From positions 8,680,001-8,744,000 of the forward strand of contig CATNEN010000003.1 in assembly GCA_950097015.1 (NCBI GenBank): a stretch of DNA of 64,000 nt, given 5' to 3'. The notes under the pieces were generated by a model. That model saw only the letters and a list, made by a program, of their open reading frames with translations, had not been told where the DNA came from and made no database searches. This document shows, one piece after another, positions 25,617-37,540 of the stretch (its first letter is position 1; each line of letters starts with the position of its first letter). Origin of the DNA: Macrostomum hystrix. Taxonomy: Eukaryota; Animalia; Platyhelminthes. The position numbers were made by a program, and so were the translations under genes.

Positions 25617-27720
25617 CGGTATTTTAGCGAAAATACTGATATGTTCTCAAAACGAAGGTAAAGAGCAGTATTTTTGCAAAAGTTCTTAAAGTAGTGTGCA
25701 TGGCTACATCTTATGGTATTTTCGCTAAAATACTGCTATGCTATTAAACAAAGGTAGTTGGCGGTATTTTTGCAAAAGTTATTAAAGTAGGTAGTGTGCG
25801 TGGCTACATCTTATGGTATTTTCGCTAAAATACTGCTATGCTATTAAACAAAGGTAGTTGGCGGTATTTTTGCAAAAGTTATTAAAGTAGGTAGTGTGCA
25901 TGGCTACATCTTATGGTATTTTCGCTAAAATACTGCTATGCTATTAAACAAAGGTAGTTGGCGGTATTGTTGCAAAAGTTATTAAAGTAGGTAGTGTGCG
26001 TGGCTACATCTTATGGTATTTTCGCTAAAATACTGCTATGCTATTAAACAAAGGTAGTTGGCGGTATTTTTGCAAAAGTTATTAAAGTAGGTAGTGTGCA
26101 TGGTTACATCTTATGGTATTTTCGCTAAAATACTGCTATGCTATTAAACAAAGGTAGTTGGCGGTATTTTTGCAAAAGTTATTAAATTAGGTAGTGTGCG
26201 TGGCTACATCTTTGGTATTTTCGCGAAAATACTGCTATGCTATTAAACAAAGGTAGTTGGCGGTATTTTTGCAAAAGTTATTAAAGTAGTGTGCATGGCT
26301 ACATATTATGGTATTTTCGCGAAAATACTGCTATGCTTTAAACAAAGGTAGTTGGCGGTATTTTTGCAAAAGTTCTTAAAGTAGTGTGCATGATTACATC
26401 TTTGGTATTTTCGCGAAAATACTGCTATGCTATTAAACAAAGGTAGTTGGCGGTATTTTTGCAAAAGTTCTTAAAGTAGGTTATATGCGTGGCTATATCT
26501 TATGGTATTTTCGCGAAAAGACTGCTATGCTATTAAACAAAGGTAGTTGGCGGTATTTTTGCAAAAGTTCTTAAAGTAGTGTGCATGATTACATCTTTGG
26601 TATTTTCGCGAAAATACTGCTATGCTATTAAACAAAGGTAGTTGGCGGTATTTTTGCAAAAGTTCTTAAAGTAGTGTGCATGATTACATCTTTGGTATTT
26701 TCGCGAAAATACTGCTATGCTATTAAACAAAGGTAGTTGGCGGTATTTTTGCAAAAGTTATTAAAGTAGTGTGCATGGCTACATATTATGGTATTTTCGC
26801 GAAAATACTGCTATGCTTTAAACAAAGGTAGTTGGCGGTATTTTTGCAAAAGTTCTTAAAGTAGTGTGCATGATTACATCTTTGGTATTTTCGCGAAAAT
26901 ACTGCTATGCTATTAAACAAAGGTAGTTGGCGGTATTTTTGCAAAAGTTCTTAAAGTAGTGTGCATGATTACATCTTTGGTATTTTCGCGAAAATACTGC
27001 TATGCTATTAAACAAAGGTAGTTGGCGGTATTTTTGCAAAAGTTCTTAAAGTAGTGTGCATGATTACATCTTTGGTATTTTCGCGAAAATACTGCTATGC
27101 TATTAAACAAAGGTAGTTGGCGGTATTTTTGCAAAAGTTCTTAAAGTAGTGTGCATGATTACATCTTTGGTATTTTCGCGAAAATACTGCTATGCTATTA
27201 AACAAAGGTAGTTGGCGGTATTTTTGCAAAAGTTATTAAAGTAGTGTGCATGGCTACATATTATGGTATTTTCGCGAAAATACTGCTATGCTTTAAACAA
27301 AGGTAGTTGGCGGTATTTTTGCAAAAGTTCTTAAAGTAGTGTGCATGACTACATCTTATGGTATTTTCGCGAAAATACTGCTATGCTATTAAACAAAGGT
27401 AGTTGGCGGTATTTTTGCAAAAGTTATTAAATTAGGTAGTGTGCGTGGCTACATCTTTGGTATTTTCGCGAAAATACTGCTATGCTATTAAACAAAGGTA
27501 GTTGGCGGTATTTTTGCAAAAGTTCTTAAAGTAGTGTGCATGATTACATCTTTGGTATTTTCGCGAAAATACTGCTATGCTATTAAACAAAGGTAGTTGG
27601 CGGTATTTTTGCAAAAGTTCTTAAAGTATTGTGCATGGCCACATCTTATGATATTATCGCGAATGCAGATACGCGGCGGTTGAAGACAATAAGAAGACAA
27701 TATTTTTGCGAAAGTACTTT
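25617..27720. repeat. 95-100-bp tandem array (~21 copies) with internal palindromes
   Basis: Unit ggtattttcgcgaaaatactgctatgctattaaacaaaggtagttggcggtatttttgcaaaagtt(c/a)ttaaagtagtgtgcatg...; no unique spacers. Confidence 0.95.
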
Positions 27721-27974
27721 AAGTATTCATGATGACTATATCTAATGGTAATCAATAACCAAATATGACTTGACTTCATTATATTTTATTATTATTCATG
27801 CCGCGAATACAACTTGCAACAGGTTCACTCATGTATTTTTGCTTGAGCGAATTAATTGGGTTAAATAAATAGCTGGCATTAATTAAACGGCGAACAGGAA
27901 ACTACAATTAGCTGTATTAGCTGTATTAAGTCTACCTAAAACTAGTGCTGCTACTGCTGCTGCTGCTGCTGCTG

Positions 27975-28394
27975 TTACTGCTCAATTCGATATCGGCGGC
28001 TCCGGAGCAACTCTCGCAGTCTAGCCCTTTGCTGTACGCCGCGCCAGTAGTCCAGGCCGTGTAGAATGTGCTGCAGCTCCAAACATGTGTCCTCCAGCAG
28101 GCCTAGCAGCTCGGCCAAGTCGAAGGCCTCGTTCTCTGTTAGGCAGGTCACCTCCAGGATGGTCTCGTAGCCCGCAGCTGTCTTGTGTTGTAGCAGCCAG
28201 TCCAGGAGGCTCTTCATCAGGGTGTGCAGCTGGGTGACGTTCAGCTCAGCAGTCGGGCAGTGGCGCTGCAGGCAGGTTAGCTGCTCCAATCGTCCTCGGT
28301 AAGTCAGGAACGGGGCCAGACAGGCGATGTCGCATCTGGCCAGGAGTGCCACGGTGGCCGGCGAGCCGAACAGCGCCACAGAATGCGTATTCAT
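27975..28394 (-). CDS. 139-aa Leu-rich helical protein of unknown function (possible death-fold)
   Basis: GC-rich ATG-initiated ORF in AT-rich surroundings between two arrays. Confidence 0.6.
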   Translation of the reverse strand: MNTHSVALFGSPATVALLARCDIACLAPFLTYRGRLEQLTCLQRHCPTAELNVTQLHTLMKSLLDWLLQHKTAAGYETILEVTCLTENEAFDLAELLGLLEDTCLELQHILHGLDYWRGVQQRARLRELLRSRRYRIEQ

Positions 28395-28719
28395 CGTGAT
28401 TTCTACACAACAAACAATGTCGTGAGTGCAACAGCAGCGCGTCTAACACTAGCAGAAGTAGAATTAGAATAGGAAGCAGAGTTCTAAATGGAAAGTAAAT
28501 ACAGTATTTTCGCGAAGGTAAGGGCAGTATTTTTGCAAAAGTAGCGTGACTACATCTTATGGTATTTTCGCAAATGCAGATACGTATTCTCAGACAAAGT
28601 GACTTTTTACCATAGACAAATTTAGTGTATTTCTGTAAATTGCCAAAACTCACGAATGAGTTTTTTCGCGAAAAGACAATATGTACTATATTGAATACTT
28701 GTAAATGAAAAATAGTGTC

Positions 28720-29625
28720 TGTTTTTGCGAAAATACTGCTATCCTATTAAACAAAGGTAGTTGGCGGTATTTTTGCAAAAGTCATTAAAGTAGGTTATAT
28801 GCGTGGCTATATCTTAAGGTATTTTCGCGAAAATACTGCTATCCTATTAAACAAAGGTAGTTGGCGGTATTTTTGCAAAAGTTATTAAAGTAGTGTGCAT
28901 GGCTACATCTTAAGGTATTTTCGCGAAAATACTGCTATGCTATTAAACAAAGGTAGTTGGCGGTATTTTTGCAAAAGTTATTAATTAAGTAGGTTATATG
29001 CGTGGCTATATCTTAAGGTATTTTCGCGAAAATACTGCTATCCTATTAAACAAAGGTAGTTGGCGGTATTTTTGCAAAAGTCATTAAAGTAGGTTATATG
29101 CGTGGCTATATCTTAAGGTATTTTCGCGAAAATACTGCTATGCTATTAAACAAAGGTAGTTGGCGGTATTTTTGCAAAAGTTATTAAAGTAGTGTGCATG
29201 GCTACATCTTAAGGTATTTTCGCGAAAATACTGCTATGCTATTAAACAAAGGTAGTTGGCGGTATTTTTGCAAAAGTTATTAATTAAGTAGGTTATATGC
29301 GTGGCTATATCTTAAGGTATTTTCGCGAAAATACTGCTATCCTATTAAACAAAGGTAGTTGGCGGTATTTTTGCAAAAGTCATTAAAGTAGGTTATATGC
29401 GTGGCTATATCTTAAGGTATTTTCGCGAAAATACTGCTATGCTATTAAACAAAGGTAGTTGGCGGTATTTTTGCAAAAGTTATTAAAGTAGTGGGCATGG
29501 CTACATCTTATGGTATTTGCGCGAAAATACTGCTATGCTATTAAACAAAGGTAGTTGGCGGTATTTTTGCAAAAGTTCTTAAAGTAGTGTGCATGGTTAC
29601 ATATTATGGTATTTTCGCGAATGTA
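28720..29625. repeat. Second array of the same unit (~9 copies, 96-104 bp, ~300-bp trimer periodicity)
   Basis: Same unit and orientation as 25617-27720. Confidence 0.95.
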
Positions 29626-30022
29626 GATACGTATTCTCAGACAAAGTGACTTGTACTTTTTTACCATCGACAAATTTAGTATATTTCTGCTAATTGTCAA
29701 TAATCACGAATGATTTTTTCGTGTATCTTCGGCTTTTAAGAAAATGAGAATAGTTTAATCTTAGTTTAATCAGATGATAATCAAATGATTTCATTTGTTA
29801 ATTTATTTAATTACTAACGAAATAATCACAGTGTTGACAATCATTAGCATCTTAACAATATATAAGAGAGCAACAAACAGAACATATGAGATTCTCGGTT
29901 GTAAAGGGACGGGTATTAGTGGGGGTATCACAATTGACACAATTGATAATTGATAATAGTTTGGCAAATCAGACAATCAGCACATATAAAGTCAGGTGAC
30001 ACGACTGGGACAATATGAGCAT

Positions 30023-33000
30023 TCAGATGTCCAGTCTAGTTCTCGAACTGATCAGGCGCCCAGATCGCGTCCTGTATTCCGTTCGACGAACCACGAGTAG
30101 CTCAGAATCCGAGCTGGTCTCATTGTCATTGCTGACGTGCTGTTGTTCACCATCATCACCTTCTTCGTCGATATCGTCGTGAACGTTGCCTTGTCCAGCC
30201 GATGCTCCAAACATCGGCGGTTGACTAAGACTGCGTCGTCTAGACGATGTAGACGAAATAGGCGATGGTGTTGCTGAATCGATGGCCGGCTTTGTCGACT
30301 CGGTGTTGTCCGTTGTTGAACATCTAGGACTAACCGTAGCGGGTCGCATTGTCGACATTCGAGGTCGCTTCTTGTCAGTGGCCTTGCAAATGGACGACCG
30401 TCGAGTGCGTCGCTTGCGTGTGCGTTGACTATGTGGCATCACAATGTCATCAGCAGGTAGAGGAGATGCAGCCGATGAATTGGTTGCGTCCAGATCAACG
30501 CTACAGGCGGCAGAGCGACGACGCTTCGTGTCGTTTTCGGCTGTTGGATGTCGTTGATGTCGACGATCAAGTGGCCGATTGTGACAGAATGTCTCGAAGC
30601 ATCCTCTGACGTCGTCGGCGACCATCAGATTGGCCTGCTGTTTGGCCAGGCGTCCATACGCATTCACGACACAGTTGCGCGATGTGTCGTACAGAGGCAC
30701 CAGCTGGTCTAGCTTGTCGGGATGCGCGTGCACATAGGCCGACAGTACATTTCGACGACCATCGCCCATGCGATAGGGCCGATCGATGACCAACTCGGCG
30801 CCCTGCTTGACAAGCGTGCTGAAACTTGTCGAGTCACGCTGCTTGCCACGATGCGTAGGAAACAGCAGACATTTGCCTGGCCTGACATGGATGTTGCACT
30901 CGGCGAAGTATGGCAATAGAAAGTTGTCTATCCATTGCAGTAGACATTCGCCGACTTTGCGTGGCGCAGTCCAGCTTGCACCTTTACCACGACCGCCCTT
31001 TTTGTGTGCCACTTCGGTAGGCGGCAGGACTGTGACAATGGTGGAGGACGTTGATACGCCGCTATTGAGTGCAGCATCCAAATAGCAACGCCGGATCGCG
31101 ACCCAAGGACGTAGTCGATTGGCATGGACAATTGCTGCACAGAAGAAGGCCAGTTCACGCGTGATCGGCATAATAAATGTATTCCATTTGCCGACGACGT
31201 TGGCCATTCGACGTGCACATTGTCCAATGCGACCCCAGTAGCCCTTCACGGGTAGATGAGACCACGAATGTTTGGCGACCATATCAATCAGGCAGTCTAG
31301 CCGGTTGTGAATGATGCGCCATTCGTCAGCGGTCAGGAACTTATCCGTGTAGGACAGCTGGCGTTCGTCGTCGCGCAGGTGATAGATATTCTCTTGCCGC
31401 TGACGAATCAATCCAATGCAAGCCTGTACATGTTAAAGGGTTATGAAAGAGAAAGTACATGCAGTAGCTTCTACAATTGTTCATGATATATCAACTAACA
31501 TAGTATACAATATGCGACACAACAACACTGCTCACCATGATTGATTCGATGCGGCTAGTCAACAGACCAGATACTGCAGTCTGATGATAGAGAATACCAT
31601 CTTTGCGCGGGTCAGGACAGGCAGGCAATTCTGACGCGGCCTTGACAATGTCGGCATGCACGTTGGCAAACAATCCATCTGGTGGCGAGGTCAATTGGAA
31701 CGCGTTCATAACACTAGGAGCACCGAAGTCGTTGTTGGCTGCTAGAAACTTCTTCGCGCCGCTCAATATGTTATGAAGCTCGTTCATTCGCTGTCCAACA
31801 GTCGATGGTTTCCAGATATGGCGCTTCACCATCTCGTCCAAATCGAATTGGATGCGCGCTGGATTGATGAACCACATCTCGACTGTGACATTGATTGCGT
31901 GTAGGAGACGACTAGTTGTAGCATGATAGTTCCGCTGGATTGCTTTCCTACGGCTAACATGCGATGCGTTCTCTTCTACACAGCAATGACCCTTGAACCA
32001 GATGTCGCCGACATTGTCTAGTTGCTTGTACATGTGTTCAGATGCAACGTGGTAGTCTGGGCCGTCGAAAACAACAAGCCGAGACTTCTTGTGCCTCCGT
32101 TGCAATACAAGCTCCTCTTCACTGACAGAATCATCAGTATTTTCCACGTCAGATTTAGAGGTCTGAGTCTCTGCTTGTCGCTGACTGACAGCATTGGTGA
32201 CTCCGACCGGAACATAGTCTGACGTATACTGGAGAATTGCTTCTGTCAGATTGACCAGATTCTGCAAGCTAGTACACACGCGCGGATGCTCAGCGTTGTG
32301 GGCTTTCTGCAGAATCTCGTTGAGGCCGGCCGCATTCAGACGCAGTCCATTGATAAACTCTGTTTGACAGGAAAGTTATAAATATTTGTTGATTCTTTTT
32401 TTGTCTTTATGTGTAAATTTAAAAATGTAAAGGCATGTACAACAATATTTTAGACCACTTACTGATCGCTGCCACATTGTCGTTGGCATTATCGAATTCT
32501 GGCATCGTACTCGTTTCGTTTTGCAGTCGCTCGATGTCGTGACTGACAATATCGGCCGTGTAAGATGGTCCGGCACGATCGAAACTAGCCAACACCGGTG
32601 CTACTAAAGTAGACGGTGTGACAGACGATGCACTGTTGATAATGCGTACAGCATTGGACTGTCCAGCAGAAGACGATCCCGCAGAAGACGCTAACACGAC
32701 AATAGGCGGCTCAATGTTTGCACCCGCGTCTATCGACTCAGACGAAGAATCGTCGCTGTCACTTGACGAACGGGTTGCATTTGCTGCCTCTGTAATTGCC
32801 GGTTTACGCTTGCATGACCTGGCAATGTGTTTACTGAGCTGCTGAACACATTTGCCACAGTATTGACAATAAGACAAAGATGCATCGGATCCATCCCGAC
32901 GTAACCGGATGATCTTCCATACGGTCTTTGCCTTGACGTCATACGATGCAGTCACTGCGGGTCGTCGAACCTCTGGGATCGTGCTCCAATCAAAAGCCGA

Positions 33001-33084
33001 AATGAAGTCCGAATGGTTTCTAATAAAGTGCCGAAATACATTCGTCTTCCGAATTGAAGCTTTGCAGACTGGGCACGTATCCAT
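30023..33084 (-). CDS. Tyrosine recombinase with N-terminal zinc fingers; exons 33084-32463, 32359-31536 and 31423-30023 (~948 aa)
   Basis: Donors GTAAGT (32462) and GTGAGC (31535) and CAG acceptors keep frame. Zn-finger-like CPVC-x12-H-x4-H and CQYC-x9-H-x4-C. YR-ordered motifs NRLRP (R), HKK (K), LLFPT, GDGRR (R), LYDTS, VVNAYG (Y). Confidence 0.75.
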
Positions 33085-33239
33085 TTCGCTGGTTTGATGC
33101 TGTTCCAAAGTGCTTATGACAGAAGAACGTTTACACAGATTTGTAAGCGAGCGCGCTCGGCTTCTGACTTAAGCTGCTATCGTGACCCGTACGACAGTTT
33201 AATCACATAAACTATCATTCAAGGTTGGTCTATGGCGAA

Positions 33240-34932
33240 AAAGCATAATATCGAACTCATAATATATTTAACGTTGCTATATTGTCTACTCATAGTAGAG
33301 TAGGTAGTTTCGAACAGAAAATGAACATAAACACGAATAATTATTTGATTTCTGAATGTCTATCTATATGTTGAAAAAGCGCTTAAATAAGTGTTGATTA
33401 TTCCAGAGGTATTTTCGCGAAAGTACATATGTATTCTCAAACAAAGGTTAATGCAGTCTTTTTGCGAAAATACTTTTGTGCTAATATGATTACTCTTTCT
33501 AGTGGTATTTTCGCGAAAAGACATTAGTGTCCCATATAAAAGTAAAAGAATTATCAAAAGAAGGTAAACGCCGTAAACGTTAATAATAATGGGGGTTCAC
33601 AAAAAGTAGTTTGGTAGTAATTAGTAGTAAATTATTAGCAGATTTTTTAAATTGAGAAAAATGCGTAGTGCCGACTGGGATTCGAACCCGAGCCACTGCT
33701 ACTAAAAAAGAATGCTTTAGACCTGCATGCCAGATCACTTGCAAATGATTGGTGTGTTATCTGGTTATTTATATTGATGAGTCAGTTTTCGCGAAAAAAA
33801 AACTGTAAAGCATAATATCGAACTCATAATATATTTAACGTTGCTATATTGTCTACTCATAGTAGAGTAGGTAGTTTCGAACAGAAAATGAACATAAACA
33901 CGAATAATTATTTGATTTCTGAATGTCTATCTATATGTTGAAAAAGCGCTTAAATAAGTGTTGATTATTTCAGAGGTATTTTCGCGAAAGTACATATATA
34001 TTCTCAAACAAAGGTTGATGCAGTCTTTTTACGAAAATACTTTTGTGTTAATATGATTACTGTTTCTAGTGGTATTTTCGCGAAAAGACATGTGTCCCAT
34101 ATAAAAGTAAAGGCATTATCAAAAGAAGGTAAATGCCGTAAACGTTAATATTAATGGGGGTTCACAAAAAGTAGTTTGGTAGTAATTAGTAGTAAATTAT
34201 TAGCAGATTTTTTAAATTGAGAAAAATGCGTAGTGCCGACTGGGATTCGAACCCGAGCCACTGCTACTAAAAAGAATGCTTTAGACCTGCATGCCAGATC
34301 ACTTGCAAATGATTGGTGTGTTATCTGGTTATTTATATTGATGAGTCAGTTTTCGCGAAAAAAAAACTGTAAAGCATAATATCGAACTCATAATATATTT
34401 AACGTTGCTATATTGTCTACTCATAGTAGAGTAGGTAGTTTCGAACAGAAAATGAACATAAACACGAATAATTATTTGATTTCTGAATGTCTATCTATAT
34501 GTTGAAAAAGCGCTTAAATAAGTGTTGATTATTTCAGAGGTATTTTCGCGAAAGTACATATATATTCTCAAACAAAGGTTGATGCAGTCTTTTTACGAAA
34601 ATACTTTTGTGTTAATATGATTACTGTTTCTAGTGGTATTTTCGCGAAAAGACATGTGTCCCATATAAAAGTAAAGGCATTATCAAAAGAAGGTAAATGC
34701 CGTAAACGTTAATATTAATGGGGGTTCACAAAAAGTAGTTTGGTAGTAATTAGTAGTAAATTATTAGCAGATTTTTTAAATTGAGAAAAATGCGTAGTGC
34801 CGACTGGGATTCGAACCCGAGCCACTGCTACTAAAAAGAATGCTTTAGACCTGCATGCCAGATCACTTGCAAATGATTGGTGTGTTATCTGGTTATTTAT
34901 ATTGATGAGTCACTTTTCGCGAAAAAAACTGT
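33240..34932. repeat. Three ~565-bp tandem copies, each with a minus-strand tRNA-like sequence (33667-33739, 34232-34303, 34796-34867)
   Basis: aaagcataatatcgaactc recurs at ~33240, ~33807 and ~34371; each copy contains gggattcgaacccg. Confidence 0.95.
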
Positions 34933-35454
34933 AACGAAAATACGGATACGTATTTCATAATTCAGTCTAACAGAACAATAAGATTTATTGAGGGAATAGA
35001 GATAGTACTGCTGATTATTACTATTATTGTTAGTATTTTCGCGAAATACGGATACGTATTCAAACGAAGGTAGAACAGTATTTTTTGCAAAAGCACTTTA
35101 AGTACTTTAGTTACATTAGATGATGTTTTCGCAAAATGCTTAAAGTGAAGTAGCAATGTTAATACAGGGCAAGGTATTTTCGCGAAAGTACAATGAAATA
35201 TGGTGCATGAAGGACACAGTGATATATATTAGCACTTTCGCAAACACGACTACATGCTCCGCAGTGCTCGATTGCAAAAAGACAAGCTTAGCTGTTCTAA
35301 TTATAGAAATACACTACGGAGATCAAAAAAAAGGTCATTTGGTATATGCGTCCGTATTTTCGCGAAATGACCACATGAGCTGGTCTATTTTTAGAAATAC
35401 ACTAAGGAGATCAAAAAAAAAGGTCATTCAGTCTTTTTGCGCGACGCATGCCTA

Positions 35455-35563
35455 TTTGGCAGCGGATAATTTGGCAGCGGATAATTTGGCAGCGGATAAT
35501 TTGGTAGTGGATAATTTGGCAGCGGATAATTTGGCAGCGGATAATTTGGCAGCGGATAATTTG
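35455..35563. repeat. 15-bp tandem repeat, 7 copies
   Basis: ttggcagcggataat units. Confidence 0.95.
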
Positions 35564-37113
35564 GTACTATAGCATACATATGCTAGTGCCATAGACGGTT
35601 GGGTCTGGACTGCAGCCTTGAGTAGCGGATTTCCGACTTTTGGCCACTTGTACATAGGGGAATCCACAGTCAAAGTAAGGTTTCTCGGACAAAATCTTCC
35701 GACTGTTGGGGTCTGCTTGCCAAATTATCCGATGCATATTTTGTTGGGATGAATAATTAATTATCTTATTGTTTCATTAGTCACATAGCTAAAGTAAGTG
35801 GCGTAACGCATAAGTATGGTTCCATTCATTAAACTATTTGGAATTCAAATTTATGCTAGGCCTAAAAGAAAAAAATTTACTACATTTTTGCTAGAAAATG
35901 ACTTGCATGCATCTTGATCTAATAAAATGCAGATGCACAAGTTGTATCCAGTGCCAAAAAGTTGGTGCAAATCCAAATTTCAGGGTGTAAATTACACTAC
36001 ACCCTATTTGCATAAAAAACTCTATAACTTAAGGATGTGTGTCTGGATGTGTGTCTAGTGTGACATTCAATTTAAGTGTGTTGACGATGTTAGCGAGATT
36101 ATATATATATACACACTTGAACTGCATTTACCATTTACTAATACACATTATAATTTCATACACAAAGTCAGTTTTTGTGAAATTTGAGAAATGTGTGAGA
36201 CATATTATTAGTGATGTATTTTCATTCATATATGTCTATATAATGGTATAACTATTTTTAAAGTTCACTTAAATATGACTGGTCTTCTTCAATATTCTAA
36301 ATGACTAAAGATCTGAAGTGTCAATCATTTATAGATTTTTTATAAATAGCAGCAAAAAGTGCATAAAAGCTCATTAATGTTTGGTTTTAAAGAGGCATCA
36401 TTTTGTTAATAATATTTAACCCTAATTCATTAAGTGTCTATTCTATTCAGTATTCTAATTTAGAGCAAGACATTTTAAGACTTAAATTTCTTGAGTTCCC
36501 TATTGTAATTTTTGAATTATTGGGCCTAGTCTTTAGTCTAGACTCTGGATCATGTTGGGTCACCAAACTTGGGTGGCTGGTAAACACCAGAAAAAAAATT
36601 AAATGCTAAAGTGCATGCCAAAATGTTTATTTTGTGTACTTAAAAACTAAAATAAATTAAAAAAGATGATAAATTGGAGGTGAAACAAAGCAAATACATT
36701 TTTATTGTCTTCCGCCTTATTTACTTGTTTCTAGCCTAGTCTAGGCCTATTAGTTGTTTGTGCTAAATATGCTAACATATATTTCACCAACCTTGGGCAC
36801 TAATTTTCTTTGCCAACAGCCAACTGTGCATGCCAAATTGCGCAGGCAACACCAATGGCAATGCATTTTATATGATAGTAGCTTTTTTTGCCCGTTGTTT
36901 TTGGGGCAGAAATTTAAAGCAAAGCAGTAAGCAATTCACGTCTCTGTATTAACTTTATAGTGAAGGTCACCATTTATTTATTTACTGCATTAATGAAAAG
37001 TGAAGAGTTTTTTAAAGGTCGTTTTAAGTAAAAAAGAAGTAAAAGTTTGTCCAAACAGCCCCCTCTTGATTACTTCTTTAGAAACATGTCTCTTAGCCAC
37101 TCCTCTATACAGT

Positions 37114-37388
37114 CAGTGGCAGATCCAGGAATTTTGTTTTGGGGCGGTCTGTCAGGGGAGCGCCATGAGAATCACAGAGGGGGTGCCAACGGCTGAAAAA
37201 GGGCGCCAGGAGCCAAGAAAGGGCGCCAGCGGCTGAAAAACGGGAGCCAGCGGCTGAAAAAGGGGCGCCAGCGGCCGAAAAGGGGCGCCAGTGCTGCGAC
37301 TGGCGCCCCTGGTGGGGGCATCTTATTCCCATGATTAAAATTTTGGGGGGGGCGACTGCCCCCCGCCCCCCCCCTAAATCTGCCTCTG
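37114..37388. mobile_element. hAT-type MITE
   Basis: Imperfect TIRs cagtggcagat / atctgcctctg flanked by an exact 8-bp TSD TATACAGT (37106-37113 and 37389-37396). Confidence 0.85.
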
Positions 37389-37540
37389 TATACAGTATGC
37401 ATGTACACGCGTATACATAAGGAAAATAGCCATGGCATAACAATAAAAATGTCAAAGAAACAAAATTAAACTGTTTCAGAGTTCAGAGTTAGACAGGTCA
37501 AGGTCAATTCGTGACTACTTTTCTATTAATTGCTTGCGAG

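Larger units (their letters stand above)
19639..35451. mobile_element. Putative integrated replicon/DNA transposon encoding a Rep-like SF3 helicase and a tyrosine recombinase
   Basis: Bipartite direct repeat agaaatacacta(c/a)ggagat(c)aaaaaa at 19651/19727 and 35305/35393; two convergent spliced mobile-type genes; TTTTCGCGAAA motif concentrated in this interval. Confidence 0.7.

Noticed and set aside
25617-29625. CRISPR array
   Set aside because: Units are contiguous with no unique spacers, no cas genes are present and the context is eukaryotic.
22505-33084. Prophage or bacterial contamination
   Set aside because: In-frame spliceosomal introns, poly-Gln tracts and contiguity with animal genes.
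35156-35673. LAADN / KLSAA repeat ORFs
   Set aside because: Translations of a 15-bp tandem repeat.
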